From positions 1-55,640 of the IMG/VR virus record IMGVR_UViG_3300009082_000005: a DNA stretch of 55,640 nucleotides; one strand, written 5' to 3'. The DNA comes from a virus (Duplodnaviria > Caudoviricetes). Position numbers and translations under genes: made by a program. Under the pieces are notes generated by a model, which saw only the letters and a program-made list of their open reading frames with translations, did no database searches and was not told the DNA's origin. Positions 24,964 through 34,985 of the stretch are shown in pieces. Every line of letters starts with the position of its first letter. Positions within the stretch are counted from its first letter, which is position 1.

Positions 24964-26311
24964 ACTCAAAGAGCATCAAATAAAGGCAGTTGAAAAATTA
25001 TCAAAAATTAAAATAGGTGCCTTGTATATGGAGCAAGGCACAGGAAAGACAAGGACAGCCTTAGAACTTATAAAAAATCGATTAGAATCAAGCAAAGTCG
25101 AAAAGGTTCTTTGGCTTTGTCCATGTTCTGTTAAGTCTGAAATAAAAAAAGAGCTGGATAAGCATGTTGGATCTGATTATAATAATATAATTTTGATTCA
25201 TGGAATAGAAAGCTTGTCCAGTTCAATTAGATTGAATTCACTATTATTAAAATTGGTCAATAAATTTAAGACTTATCTTATAATAGATGAATCAAATCTT
25301 GTAAAAAATCCTGCAACAATGAGGACTAAAAATATCCAGAGATTAGCTGATATATGTAAATATAAGTTAATCTTAAATGGTACTCCAGTTAGCAAAAACG
25401 AGGCAGACTTATATTCACAATGGTATATTTTAGATTGGAGAATTTTAGGATACAAGTCTTTCTGGAGTTTTTCTGCAAATCATCTTGAATACGATGATTA
25501 CGGCAGAATAAGAAGGACATTAAATGTTGATTATTTATCAAGAAAGATTGCACCATATACTTATCAGGTGAAAAAATCTGAGTGTATAGATTTACCTGAT
25601 AAAAAATACAATGAATATGGATTTGAAATGACAGAAAAGCAAGCTGAACATTATATTGAAGTCAAATTTGAATTTTTGGAACAAGTGGATGAGTATGATC
25701 CAACAACAATATACCGCTTGTTTACAGCATTACAACACGTTACATCAGGGAATAGAATTATATCAAACTATAAATATAGGATAAGAACAAAACCATTTTT
25801 TGAAAATCCCTTGCATAATCCAAGAATGAAAAAACTACTTGATATACTATCAGATGAAAAATACATCATCTGGTGCAAATATACAAGTGAAATAAAAGAT
25901 ATAGAAAAAATATTATCTGAAAAGTATGGACCAGAAATGGTTACCACTTTTTACGGAGAAATAAAACAAAAGCAAAGGATTGAAAATATAGAAAAATTCA
26001 GGAATAAAGCACTATTTTTTATAGCAAATAAAACATGTGCAGGATATGGATTAAATCTTCAATTCTGCAATAGGGCTATATATTACAGTAATGATTTTGA
26101 CTTTGCAACTAGAAGTCAAAGCGAAGACAGAATATATAGGATTGGACAGGATAAAGAGACATGGATTTATGACATAAAGGCATATGATTCTATAGATGAA
26201 GTAATATTAAACTGCTTATTCAGAAAAGAAAAATTAGTTAATGCTTTCAAAAGATGGATAGACAACTATAAAAATAAAAATTTAAAGGAGAAAAAATATG
26301 AAAACAAATGA
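24947..26311 (+). CDS. SNF2-family (SF2) helicase
   Basis: MEQGTGKT, IIDES, LNGTP, GYGLNLQ, QSEDRIYRIGQ. Confidence 0.93.
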   Translation: MILKTKLKEHQIKAVEKLSKIKIGALYMEQGTGKTRTALELIKNRLESSKVEKVLWLCPCSVKSEIKKELDKHVGSDYNNIILIHGIESLSSSIRLNSLLLKLVNKFKTYLIIDESNLVKNPATMRTKNIQRLADICKYKLILNGTPVSKNEADLYSQWYILDWRILGYKSFWSFSANHLEYDDYGRIRRTLNVDYLSRKIAPYTYQVKKSECIDLPDKKYNEYGFEMTEKQAEHYIEVKFEFLEQVDEYDPTTIYRLFTALQHVTSGNRIISNYKYRIRTKPFFENPLHNPRMKKLLDILSDEKYIIWCKYTSEIKDIEKILSEKYGPEMVTTFYGEIKQKQRIENIEKFRNKALFFIANKTCAGYGLNLQFCNRAIYYSNDFDFATRSQSEDRIYRIGQDKETWIYDIKAYDSIDEVILNCLFRKEKLVNAFKRWIDNYKNKNLKEKKYENK

Positions 26312-27299
26312 AATTGAAATGACAAATGAAATGTTACTTAATCAATTGAAAGATTGTGAATTACTTTTTAAAAGAACAGAAGGCGATAATAATAAGTGGG
26401 TGTCTACTAGAAGATACGGAATAGGCGGGAGTGAAATAGGTACTATATGCGGAGTTAATCCATATGCTTGCTTGATGGACTTATATTTATACAAGGTATA
26501 TGGAACTAGGCAAGAATTTACTGAAGAAGCAAAAGAAAGAATGCGTTGGGGTACAATTTTAGAAGATGTAATTGCAATGGAATTTGAAAGAAAAAATAAT
26601 GCAAAATGTTACAAAATTGATATGTTGAAAAATAAAAATTATAATTTTTTACTTGCAAATGTTGACAGGCTGATTACAGAAAATGGAGAAGTAACAGCGA
26701 TTTTAGAGTGCAAAACAGCAGGAGCAAGTTCTAAAGATGATTGGATTAACGGAATAATACCTGTATCCTATGTATATCAAGTTCAATGGTACATGTATAT
26801 TACTGGTATACATAAAAGTTATATTGCTGGGTTAATAGGTGGTCAAGTTTATACCCAGAAGGAAATTATATATGATTCAAATTTGATTGAAAATATATTA
26901 TTGCCAAAAGCATGGGATTTTTGGCATAAAAATGTATTAGCAAAAGAAGAGCCTGAAATTGATGGCAGTCAAGCTGCTGTTAATTTTATAAAAAATAAAT
27001 ATCCTACTCCTACAAGTAAAGAAATATGTAGTTTAGATACCGATTACGAAGAAATGATTATTAAGTTAAAAGAACTAAAAGAAAAGAAAGCAGAAATAGA
27101 AGAAGAAATAAATTTATATGAAAATAAAATAAAACTTGCTATGGATGGAGGTAGCAAGGCAGAAACAAATAATTTTTATATTAATTGGGGATTAAGAAAA
27201 ACAACAAGAGTAGATACAGATAGGTTGAAGAAAGATTTTCTATATGATGAATACTCTAAACAGAGTGAATTCAGGGTATTTATCATAAAAGAAAAATAA
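26298..27299 (+). CDS. YqaJ-family (lambda-type) exonuclease
   Basis: RRYGIGGSE, WGTILE, ANVDR, LECKT, YVYQVQWYM. Confidence 0.93.
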   Translation: MKTNEIEMTNEMLLNQLKDCELLFKRTEGDNNKWVSTRRYGIGGSEIGTICGVNPYACLMDLYLYKVYGTRQEFTEEAKERMRWGTILEDVIAMEFERKNNAKCYKIDMLKNKNYNFLLANVDRLITENGEVTAILECKTAGASSKDDWINGIIPVSYVYQVQWYMYITGIHKSYIAGLIGGQVYTQKEIIYDSNLIENILLPKAWDFWHKNVLAKEEPEIDGSQAAVNFIKNKYPTPTSKEICSLDTDYEEMIIKLKELKEKKAEIEEEINLYENKIKLAMDGGSKAETNNFYINWGLRKTTRVDTDRLKKDFLYDEYSKQSEFRVFIIKEK

Positions 27300-27305
27300 T
27301 ACATG

Positions 27306-27345
27306 TATTGACTAATATAATTCTATGTAGTATTATATATGTATA
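27306..27345 (+). promoter_or_regulatory. Promoter, copy 2 of the duplicated element
   Basis: TATTGACTAATATAATTCTATGTAGTATTATATATGTATA. Confidence 0.75.
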
Positions 27346-27381
27346 GTACTATGTAGAATTATTTGATTTAGGAGGTATAAA

Positions 27382-28680
27382 ATGGCAAAAATATATAAAA
27401 ATGAAACATGTTTAGATGCCTGTTTGAAAAGATATGATTATATATTTACAGAATTTGAAAATATATATTTCAGCGTATCAGGCGGAAAAGATAGCTCTGT
27501 TATGCTTCAATTAGCTAATATGAAAGCTAAAGAGCATAATAAAAAATTCGATATTCTTTTTATTGATTTAGAAGCACAATATAAAGCAACTATTGACCAT
27601 GTGCAAGAATTGTTTGATTCGTGTACACAGATTAATAAAATATACTGGATATGTCTACCTTTATCTTTACGTAATGCAGTGTCTATTTTACAGCCAAAAT
27701 GGACATGCTGGGATATTTCAGAAAAAAATAAGTGGGTTCGTGATATGCCTAAAAATAAGCATGTTATAAATGAATCCAAAATAGAAAAATTAAACTGGAA
27801 TTGGTTTAAACCTCAAATGGAATTTGAAGAATTTATTATTGAATTCGCAAAATGGTATTCAGAAAAAAACGGATTAACAGCAACAGGGATTGGAATAAGA
27901 AGTGATGAATCGCTAAACCGTTTCACTACTATAATTTCAGAATCAAAAGAAAAGTATAAAAATAAACAGTGGACTACTAGAGTTCGAAAAAATGCTAAAC
28001 CTTTTTACTGTTATAATTTTTTTCCTCTATATGATTTTCGCACAGAGGATATATGGGGAACAGTATTCAAATATAATTTTTTATACAATGAAATATATGA
28101 AATGATGTATAAAAATGGGTTATCAATTCATGAACAAAGACTATGTCAACCTTATGGAGATGACCAAAGAAATGGATTAGACCAGTTTAAAGCTCTTGAA
28201 TACGAAACTTGGGAAAAAGTTTTGAACAGGGTAAACGGAGTTAATTTTGGAAATATTTATGCAAGGACTAGTTTATTAGGTAATCTTACAACTCAAAAGC
28301 CAGATGAAATGAACTGGCAAGAATATACAGTATTTTTATTAGAATCAATTAGAATTTATGCTCCAGAACTAGAGGAACATTATTATAATAAAATTAAAAC
28401 TGCTATGGCTTGGTGGGAAGAAAAAGAAAATACGCCAGTTGAAAAAATAGCAGATACAGGAGATTTAAAACTAGAATCTGAAAGAAAAATTGCTACATGG
28501 AGAAGGATAGCAAGAGCAATTGAAAAAAATGACTTTTGGATGAAAAGACTTAGCTTTGCAGCAACTAAGTCAGATGTTGAAAAACTTAACAAGCTTAAAG
28601 AAAAATATAGAAAGCTTGTTGGAGATGGGAAAATTGACAAAGACATGAATAGATATTTGAAAGGAGAATTATGTGTATGA
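27382..28680 (+). CDS. ibrA: PAPS-reductase/PP-loop family protein with DUF3440-type C-terminus (IbrA/YbdN-like)
   Basis: SVSGGKDS, FIDLEAQY, GIRSDESLNR, PLYDF.TEDIW, QRLCQPYGD.QR.GL, RVNGVNFGNIY. Confidence 0.88.
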   Translation: MAKIYKNETCLDACLKRYDYIFTEFENIYFSVSGGKDSSVMLQLANMKAKEHNKKFDILFIDLEAQYKATIDHVQELFDSCTQINKIYWICLPLSLRNAVSILQPKWTCWDISEKNKWVRDMPKNKHVINESKIEKLNWNWFKPQMEFEEFIIEFAKWYSEKNGLTATGIGIRSDESLNRFTTIISESKEKYKNKQWTTRVRKNAKPFYCYNFFPLYDFRTEDIWGTVFKYNFLYNEIYEMMYKNGLSIHEQRLCQPYGDDQRNGLDQFKALEYETWEKVLNRVNGVNFGNIYARTSLLGNLTTQKPDEMNWQEYTVFLLESIRIYAPELEEHYYNKIKTAMAWWEEKENTPVEKIADTGDLKLESERKIATWRRIARAIEKNDFWMKRLSFAATKSDVEKLNKLKEKYRKLVGDGKIDKDMNRYLKGELCV

Positions 28681-29201
28681 AAAAATTAACAATGCCATGC
28701 ATGGAAGTAAAATTAATACCTGTAGAAAAAGTATATAGTAATGAATATAACCCTAATAAGGTAGCAACACCAGAAATGAAACTTTTAAGAAAATCTATTG
28801 AAGAAGATGGTGTCACAATGCCAATAGTTGTAATTTATGATAAAGAAAAAGATATATATGTTGTGGTAGATGGTTTTCATAGATATACCGTTTTAAAGGA
28901 TTATTTTAAATCTAATGTAATACCATGTAGCATAATTGATAAAGATATATCTAATAGAATGGCAAGCACAATAAGACATAACAGAGCGAGAGGAACACAC
29001 CAAATAAAAGAAATGAGCAAAATAGTACTTGAACTTACCAAAGACGGTTGGGACGAAGAAAGAATATCAAAACATCTTGGAATGGAACTTGATGAAATTA
29101 TTAGATTAAAACAGATAACCGGACTTAGAGAAGCGTTTAGCAATCATACATTTTCTAAGTCTTGGGAAGAATACGAAAAGAGAAAGAAGGTTGAAGCATG
29201 A
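28671..29201 (+). CDS. ibrB: ParB/Srx-like protein (IbrB/YbdM-like)
   Basis: NEYNPNKVA.PEM.LL..SI.EDG.T.PIV, VDGFHR, STIRHNRARG.H. Confidence 0.9.
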   Translation: MCMKKLTMPCMEVKLIPVEKVYSNEYNPNKVATPEMKLLRKSIEEDGVTMPIVVIYDKEKDIYVVVDGFHRYTVLKDYFKSNVIPCSIIDKDISNRMASTIRHNRARGTHQIKEMSKIVLELTKDGWDEERISKHLGMELDEIIRLKQITGLREAFSNHTFSKSWEEYEKRKKVEA

Positions 29202-29488
29202 ACGACTTGAACGCAAAGAGTATACAAATGTTAAAAATACTTAAAAAAGGAGAAAGGATTAATAAAACTGTCTTGGCAGAAAAATTAGGCGTAAAGCCAA
29301 GGCAGATATATCATTATAAAATTTTATTGGAACAATTAGGATACCTAATTGATTCCAAAGCAGGAAACAAAGACCATGGGTATATGCTTATACAGGAAAA
29401 GCTAACAACAGAAGAAAAAAAAGAAATTAAAGAGAAACTTAACAAAGAATTGTTTTTAAAAATATTAAGGATTATAGACAAAATCTAA
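29198..29488 (+). CDS. HTH regulator resembling the N-terminus of YafY/WYL proteins, without a WYL domain
   Basis: LAEKLGVKPRQIYHY...L...G..I.SKAG...GY.L....LT.EE. Confidence 0.65.
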   Translation: MNDLNAKSIQMLKILKKGERINKTVLAEKLGVKPRQIYHYKILLEQLGYLIDSKAGNKDHGYMLIQEKLTTEEKKEIKEKLNKELFLKILRIIDKI

Positions 29489-29634
29489 TCTAACACAATA
29501 TGTATTATGTTAGATTAAGAAAAGTATATCAAACTATCTATTTTATTTGGCTTGCTATACTTTTTTATTTTTAATTTTAAATTAGTGGGAAAATAATCTA
29601 ACATATGATATAATATTAGTGTATTATGTTAAAT
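29486..29634. other. dif/res-like tyrosine-recombinase site
   Basis: ATCTAACACAA-TATGTA-TTATGTTAGAT (11-6-11, 29488-515); further arms TAATCTAACATA (29594) and TTATGTTAAAT (29624-34). Confidence 0.6.
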
Positions 29635-29656
29635 AGAAAGAAGGTGAAAAAATAAT

Positions 29657-30220
29657 ATGAATTTAAAAGAATTTCATAATAATGGCTCAGATATTTTTGA
29701 AATAATTGAGCATGAAACAGAGAAATTTATCTGTAAAGTAAAAGTTAATAGAAAAAATTTTTTTGATTTAATACAGATTGAGGAAGATGTATATAGTATT
29801 CTTTCAGTCAGTACAATTTCAGAAAATGTATTTGGAGTAAAAAAGATAAGTTTTAATTTCAAACCAAAAATTTTATATCATTATAGCAATGTTTTTCATT
29901 GTCCTTATTGCAATCATAAAAGTATTAGAAACGATACATTTGGACGTTGTTATATTTGCAAAAGCAAATCAAAGTTAGAAAAAATTGCACTTAATATATG
30001 TATGCCTCAGGTAATTCATAGTTTTGAACAAGAGCAAATAGATACAATTAAGGCATTAAGAAGGAGGATACTAAATATTTATATAAACAATAAAATAACT
30101 CCTTATCGTAAAGCAAGAATTATGAAATGTGAAAATATCATTAAAAAACATGTACCTTTGAAAAATCAAATTAACTTGAAAGATATATTGAAAAGGAGTG
30201 TTTTAGATGAATACAGTTGA
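29657..30220 (+). CDS. Zinc-ribbon hypothetical protein
   Basis: CPYC...CYIC. Confidence 0.6.
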   Translation: MNLKEFHNNGSDIFEIIEHETEKFICKVKVNRKNFFDLIQIEEDVYSILSVSTISENVFGVKKISFNFKPKILYHYSNVFHCPYCNHKSIRNDTFGRCYICKSKSKLEKIALNICMPQVIHSFEQEQIDTIKALRRRILNIYINNKITPYRKARIMKCENIIKKHVPLKNQINLKDILKRSVLDEYS

Positions 30221-30779
30221 ACCAATCAGGGATAAAAATAAAATTAAATTAATAAAAGCTGTCCTGAGGAATAAAAATATTAGAGATTATTTATTATTTA
30301 CAATTGGAATAAATACAGGTCTAAGAATAAGCGACTTGTTAAAATTAAAATTATCTGATGTAATGGATCATAAATGTAAAGCTAAAGATAATATTTACAT
30401 CAGGGAAAAAAAGACTGGAAAAGAAAAAGTATTCAAGATGAATAAAATTGCAAAAGAAGCTATAAAAGAATATATAATCAGTTTAAATAATTATGATTTA
30501 GATTGGTATTTATTTAAGAGCAAAAAGGGCAACAACAAAGCAATAAGCAGAATACATGCATATGATATATTGAATGATGTTGCCAAAGAAGTTGGAATAA
30601 AAGATAAAATTGGTACTCATACATTGAGAAAAACATTTGGTTATCATGCCAGAATGAAAGGAGTTGGGATTGAGATATTGCAAAAAATATTTAATCATTC
30701 TGCACCAGGTATTACAATGAGATATATTGGAATAGCTCAGGATGAAATGGAAGATGTTTATTTAGATTTAAATTTATAA
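30207..30779 (+). CDS. Tyrosine recombinase, catalytic domain only (resolvase-like)
   Basis: MNTVEPIRD start, TGLRISD, EKKTGK, HTLRKTFGY, FNH....TMRYIG. Confidence 0.92.
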   Translation: MNTVEPIRDKNKIKLIKAVLRNKNIRDYLLFTIGINTGLRISDLLKLKLSDVMDHKCKAKDNIYIREKKTGKEKVFKMNKIAKEAIKEYIISLNNYDLDWYLFKSKKGNNKAISRIHAYDILNDVAKEVGIKDKIGTHTLRKTFGYHARMKGVGIEILQKIFNHSAPGITMRYIGIAQDEMEDVYLDLNL

Positions 30780-30791
30780 AGGAGGATTAAA

Positions 30792-31109
30792 ATGTTTAAA
30801 GGTTATTTAGTAGACGAAAATGGCAGGTATGGAGAACCAATTGAATTAGATAATCCTGAATTATCTGTATTGTTTGTACAAGAAAATATTGACAAGTACC
30901 ATGAAATTATAATAGTTGATGATGATGGATTTATAGTAATGAATACTTTTAAAGGTAAAATTACATTTCCTTTTCAGATAAAATGTGAAGTTTGCGGGAA
31001 AATTTTTAGTACAGATAATAAAAAACAAGCAGCTTGCATAGAATGCTATCGTAACTCAGGTTTGCCTGAGATGATAGAGGAAATGTTCAAGGAGGATAAA
31101 AATGAATAA
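30792..31109 (+). CDS. Hypothetical protein with C-terminal Zn ribbon
   Basis: AGGAGG RBS; CEVC...CIEC. Confidence 0.65.
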   Translation: MFKGYLVDENGRYGEPIELDNPELSVLFVQENIDKYHEIIIVDDDGFIVMNTFKGKITFPFQIKCEVCGKIFSTDNKKQAACIECYRNSGLPEMIEEMFKEDKNE

Positions 31110-31430
31110 AATAATTAAGGCAGGTGAATGACTTGGATGAATATACAACATATGATAAACCTTTTTACAGAATTTGTCCTGAGTGTGGATGTCCAAAAGA
31201 AAGACCAGATGACGAAGATGAATTAATAATATGTGAAATTTGCAATACTCATTTTATGAAGATAAAAAAAGTGTAATGTTTTAGATAAAGCTTATTCAGC
31301 TTTATTTTTTTTGAAAAAAATTTATTCAATTTTATAATATACATTCCCTTATAAAAACATAATAAATATATATTAGTCTATTTTGATTTTGTACAATGTA
31401 ACAGTATTGCAATAAATTATATTACAGTAA

Positions 31431-31531
31431 TATAGATTGATTGAATATATTATCAGTATAGATTAAGTATAGTTTAAGTATAGATTTGTATATAGATTTT
31501 ATATAGATTGAGTATAGATAAAATATAGTTG
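31431..31531. repeat. Phased array of TATAG(A/T)T units, 11-bp period
   Basis: Units start at 31457, 31468, 31479, 31491, 31502, 31513, 31524, plus 31431. Confidence 0.75.
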
Positions 31532-31813
31532 AAAGATACTTTGTTTTGTGCGATGATTACAATGTCGAGAAACACAAAAAAAATTATATTCAAGATATTT
31601 TAAAATATTTACAGAGGGGCTCTCCCCTATTTTTTTTTACAAAAATTATGGAAAGTATATTAACGTGGTGTGAAAGATGCAGGACAATTAGCCTTACATG
31701 GTCGCTAAGATGTCCTTTTTGTATGCAAGAAAGAAAATTTGATATTGAAATAAAAGTTGAAAATAAGAGAAGCAGCCGAAAAAGAAAAGATGGAAAAGCA
31801 AGTATAAAAAAGA

Positions 31814-32098
31814 ATGAAAGAAAAAAGTTGGAATAAATTAAAAAATAAATATTCAATTATAGAAAATGGATATACATCATTTATTCAATTTGATAATAAA
31901 AAAAATGCTGATGATTTTTGCAAAAAGTTAAATAAAATTTATAAAAATAAATATTCAGTAGTAAAAGTTAAAATTTTTGAACTTGATATTATTAAAAAGT
32001 TTAAAAAAATTTCTGAAATGAAGGTAAAGAGTAATAGAGTATTAAAGTTAAACAAAATACAAATAATTAATATATTTGGAATAGATTTTGATATTTAA
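31814..32098 (+). CDS. Hypothetical basic protein
   Basis: 94-aa ORF, weak RBS. Confidence 0.4.
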   Translation: MKEKSWNKLKNKYSIIENGYTSFIQFDNKKNADDFCKKLNKIYKNKYSVVKVKIFELDIIKKFKKISEMKVKSNRVLKLNKIQIINIFGIDFDI

Positions 32099-32393
32099 AT
32101 GCATAATAAAAATAAAAGCTATAAAATGTAATTAAACCTAAACAACTTAAAAATTTGTTTCTAAATAATTTAGGTTTTGGAATATCCTAAAATTTTACAT
32201 GGTTTTAACTAATGGTTACAACTTATTTTTTTAAAAATTTAAAAGTGGCTCTTATAGTTCAAAGGGTTAGTTTTAATTGATTATATATACAATTATAACC
32301 AATGATTTTATTTTTATGTAGCTATAAAACATAAACATATTTTAATTTCAAAATTTAAACAGCCACTTTTATTGCTTGGAGTGATTTTAACAA

Positions 32394-32927
32394 ATGATAT
32401 GCTTTCCAATAGTGCATAAACAGACAGAAAGAAAAATTATAAGACTTGCATACAAGACAGATACTAAATATGGTATTATGGCTGAGCTTTTGTTCAGCTG
32501 TGGTTATAGAATGTGTGATGTAATAACTTTAAAAAAAAGCCACGTTTTTAATGGTTCAAATGCCACTTTTTATATAAAAGAGAAAAAAACAGGAATAAAA
32601 AGATTGTTCAAAGACAGTGATATACCTGCTTCGGTAAATAGGTATATAGAATCTTTAAAGTGGCATAATTATTTATTTCCATCAAATAGAAGACTAGAAA
32701 ATGGTAATTATAATCATATTTCATCAAGTAGGGTAAAACAGGTATTTAGAGAAATATTTTCAAGCATACCTAAACTACGTGGAGCATATGGAACACATAT
32801 ATTTAGAAAAACTTTTGCTTATAATAAATACAAACAAGGCGATATATATACAGCTAAAATAGCTTTAGGACATAAAAATATAAATTCTACAGTTAAATAC
32901 ATACCTGAGGATATAATTAAGAGTTGA
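32394..32927 (+). CDS. Short tyrosine recombinase-family protein at the head of the packaging operon
   Basis: GYRMCD, EKKTG, HIFRKTFAY, LGHKNINSTVKY. Confidence 0.85.
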   Translation: MICFPIVHKQTERKIIRLAYKTDTKYGIMAELLFSCGYRMCDVITLKKSHVFNGSNATFYIKEKKTGIKRLFKDSDIPASVNRYIESLKWHNYLFPSNRRLENGNYNHISSSRVKQVFREIFSSIPKLRGAYGTHIFRKTFAYNKYKQGDIYTAKIALGHKNINSTVKYIPEDIIKS

Positions 32928-32931
32928 TTAA

Positions 32932-33423
32932 ATGGCAAATAAAACAAAATACATACCTGAATTTAACCAAATAATTTTTGAATTAAAGATTACAGGTAAA
33001 AACATTACTGAAATTTGTTCGATTTTGAAAATAGATAAAAAAACATTTTATAGGTGGTTAAAAAGATATGATAATTTTAAAATAAGTTATGAAAAAGCTA
33101 ATAATGCAAAATTTAAGGCAAAAGAAACTTTAATTGATAAAGCTTTAGGGTTTACTAGGAACATAAAAGAACTTACACCAACCGGGAAATTAATAAAATA
33201 TGATAAATATTATCCACCTGATTTTCAATCAATTAAATATCTTTTAAGGAATATAAGCGGTTTTGACAAAGAATTGGAAAATAAAATTAAAATAGATAAT
33301 AAAAGACTTGAACTTGAAGAAAAGAAATTGAATACTGATACAAATACTGAAGGTAAAGTAATAATTGTTGAAGGTGAAGACAAATATTTAGAGTGGAAAA
33401 ATAAAAAAAATGCTGGAAGCTAA
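32932..33423 (+). CDS. terS: Terminase small subunit
   Basis: TKY, HTH with TFYRWLK, ALG, YYPPD; directly before TerL. Confidence 0.8.
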   Translation: MANKTKYIPEFNQIIFELKITGKNITEICSILKIDKKTFYRWLKRYDNFKISYEKANNAKFKAKETLIDKALGFTRNIKELTPTGKLIKYDKYYPPDFQSIKYLLRNISGFDKELENKIKIDNKRLELEEKKLNTDTNTEGKVIIVEGEDKYLEWKNKKNAGS

Positions 33424-34690
33424 CATTGATAAGATAGATATTTTCAATTTGATTAATGAAAATTTTTATGAATGGTGGTATGAAATAGCTGATAAATATT
33501 TATATAGAGTGCTTAAGGGTGGGAGGAATTCTGCAAAATCAACACATGTAAGCTTTAGAAAAATTTATAGAATGATGAAATATCCTATCAATACTTTAGT
33601 TGTTCGTAAAGTCGCTGGAACATTAGCGACTTCTGTTTTTGAGCAATTAAAAGAAGCTATATGCTTGATGAATGTTGATTATTATTGGAAAGATTATAAA
33701 AGCCCTTTAAGGTTAGTATATAAACCAACTGGACAGGAAATTTTATTCAGGGGAGCAGATGACCCACAAAAAATAAAATCAATTAAAACATCAAGATTTC
33801 CTTTATCTGAATTATGGATTGAGGAACTGTCAGAGTTTAGAAGCGAAGATGAAGTACAAACAATTGTTGACTCAGTTGTAAGAGCTAAATTAAAAAATGG
33901 TTTAAATTATGGGATTGATTTTACTTATAATCCTCCAAAAAATAAAGCTAATTGGTGTAACAAAAAATACAATACTCAATTTTTACCTTCAAATACCCAT
34001 GTTCATCATAGTACTTATTTAGATAATTTACACGTTTCAGAAGCTTTTATTGAAGAAGCCGAAGAGGTAAAAAAGCTTAATCAGAATAGATATAAATGGC
34101 TATATCTTGGTGAAGCTCTCGGAGGTGGAATTGTTCCATTTTCTAACTTGGAATTCAGAACAATTACTGATGATGAAATAAAAAGATTTGATAATATTAA
34201 ACAAGGTCATGACTTTGGTTTTAGTGTTGACCCTGCTAATTTTGGAAGACAACATCTTGATAAAACAAGGGCAATACTTTATTTTATAGATGAAATTAGA
34301 GCAGTAAAACTTAAAAATAAAATATTGGCAGATAAAATTATTGAAAGAAATTACAATGATTCAATAATAATTGCTGATAGTGAAAATCCACAGGGGATAG
34401 ATGAATTAAGAAGTTATGGTATAAAAATTAAGGGAGCCAAAAAAGGACCCGGCTCAGTTGAGTATGGTCTTGAATGGTTAGATACTTTAAATAAAATTGT
34501 AATAGATTATAAAAGAACTCCGGGAGCTGCAAAAGAATTTGAGTCTGCTGATTATAAATTAGACAAAGATGGAAACCAAACTGCTGAATTAGATGGCGAG
34601 GATCATTCAATCGACCAAACTAGGTATAGCCTCGAAAATGATATGAAAAATAAAGTTTTAGGATGGAAAGAAAGGAATAAAGCATGTTAA
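33410..34690 (+). CDS. terL: Terminase large subunit, PBSX family
   Basis: KGGRNSAKS, LWIEE, TYNPP, HSTYLDN, DFGFSVDP, DHSIDQTRY. Confidence 0.95.
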   Translation: MLEANIDKIDIFNLINENFYEWWYEIADKYLYRVLKGGRNSAKSTHVSFRKIYRMMKYPINTLVVRKVAGTLATSVFEQLKEAICLMNVDYYWKDYKSPLRLVYKPTGQEILFRGADDPQKIKSIKTSRFPLSELWIEELSEFRSEDEVQTIVDSVVRAKLKNGLNYGIDFTYNPPKNKANWCNKKYNTQFLPSNTHVHHSTYLDNLHVSEAFIEEAEEVKKLNQNRYKWLYLGEALGGGIVPFSNLEFRTITDDEIKRFDNIKQGHDFGFSVDPANFGRQHLDKTRAILYFIDEIRAVKLKNKILADKIIERNYNDSIIIADSENPQGIDELRSYGIKIKGAKKGPGSVEYGLEWLDTLNKIVIDYKRTPGAAKEFESADYKLDKDGNQTAELDGEDHSIDQTRYSLENDMKNKVLGWKERNKAC

Positions 34691-34983
34691 AAAGTATAGA
34701 ACAATTAAAAATATTGGAAGAAAGAAACTTAGCTAATGAAGAAGAAATAATAAGGCTTAGGGGTGGAATACAAAGAAATAATATTTCTGCAAATCTAACT
34801 ATAAGTTTAATTATTAAACTATCTGATGAAATAGAAAATTTGAAAAGCGAAATATCTGAATTAAATGCAAAATTTAAAACTGCTGATTTGTTAAATGATA
34901 TTAACCATGATTTGGATAAAAAATCAAAAAATAAACCTAATGAAATAAAACCAGAATCAAAAAATAAATCTAAGGAACAATAA
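34684..34983 (+). CDS. Coiled-coil hypothetical protein
   Basis: 99 aa between terL and portal. Confidence 0.6.
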   Translation: MLKSIEQLKILEERNLANEEEIIRLRGGIQRNNISANLTISLIIKLSDEIENLKSEISELNAKFKTADLLNDINHDLDKKSKNKPNEIKPESKNKSKEQ

Positions 34984-34985
34984 TA

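Noticed and set aside
31546-31856. Overlapping 96-aa and 88-aa ORFs
   Set aside because: No convincing RBS; only a short Cys-containing ORF from about 31648 is plausible
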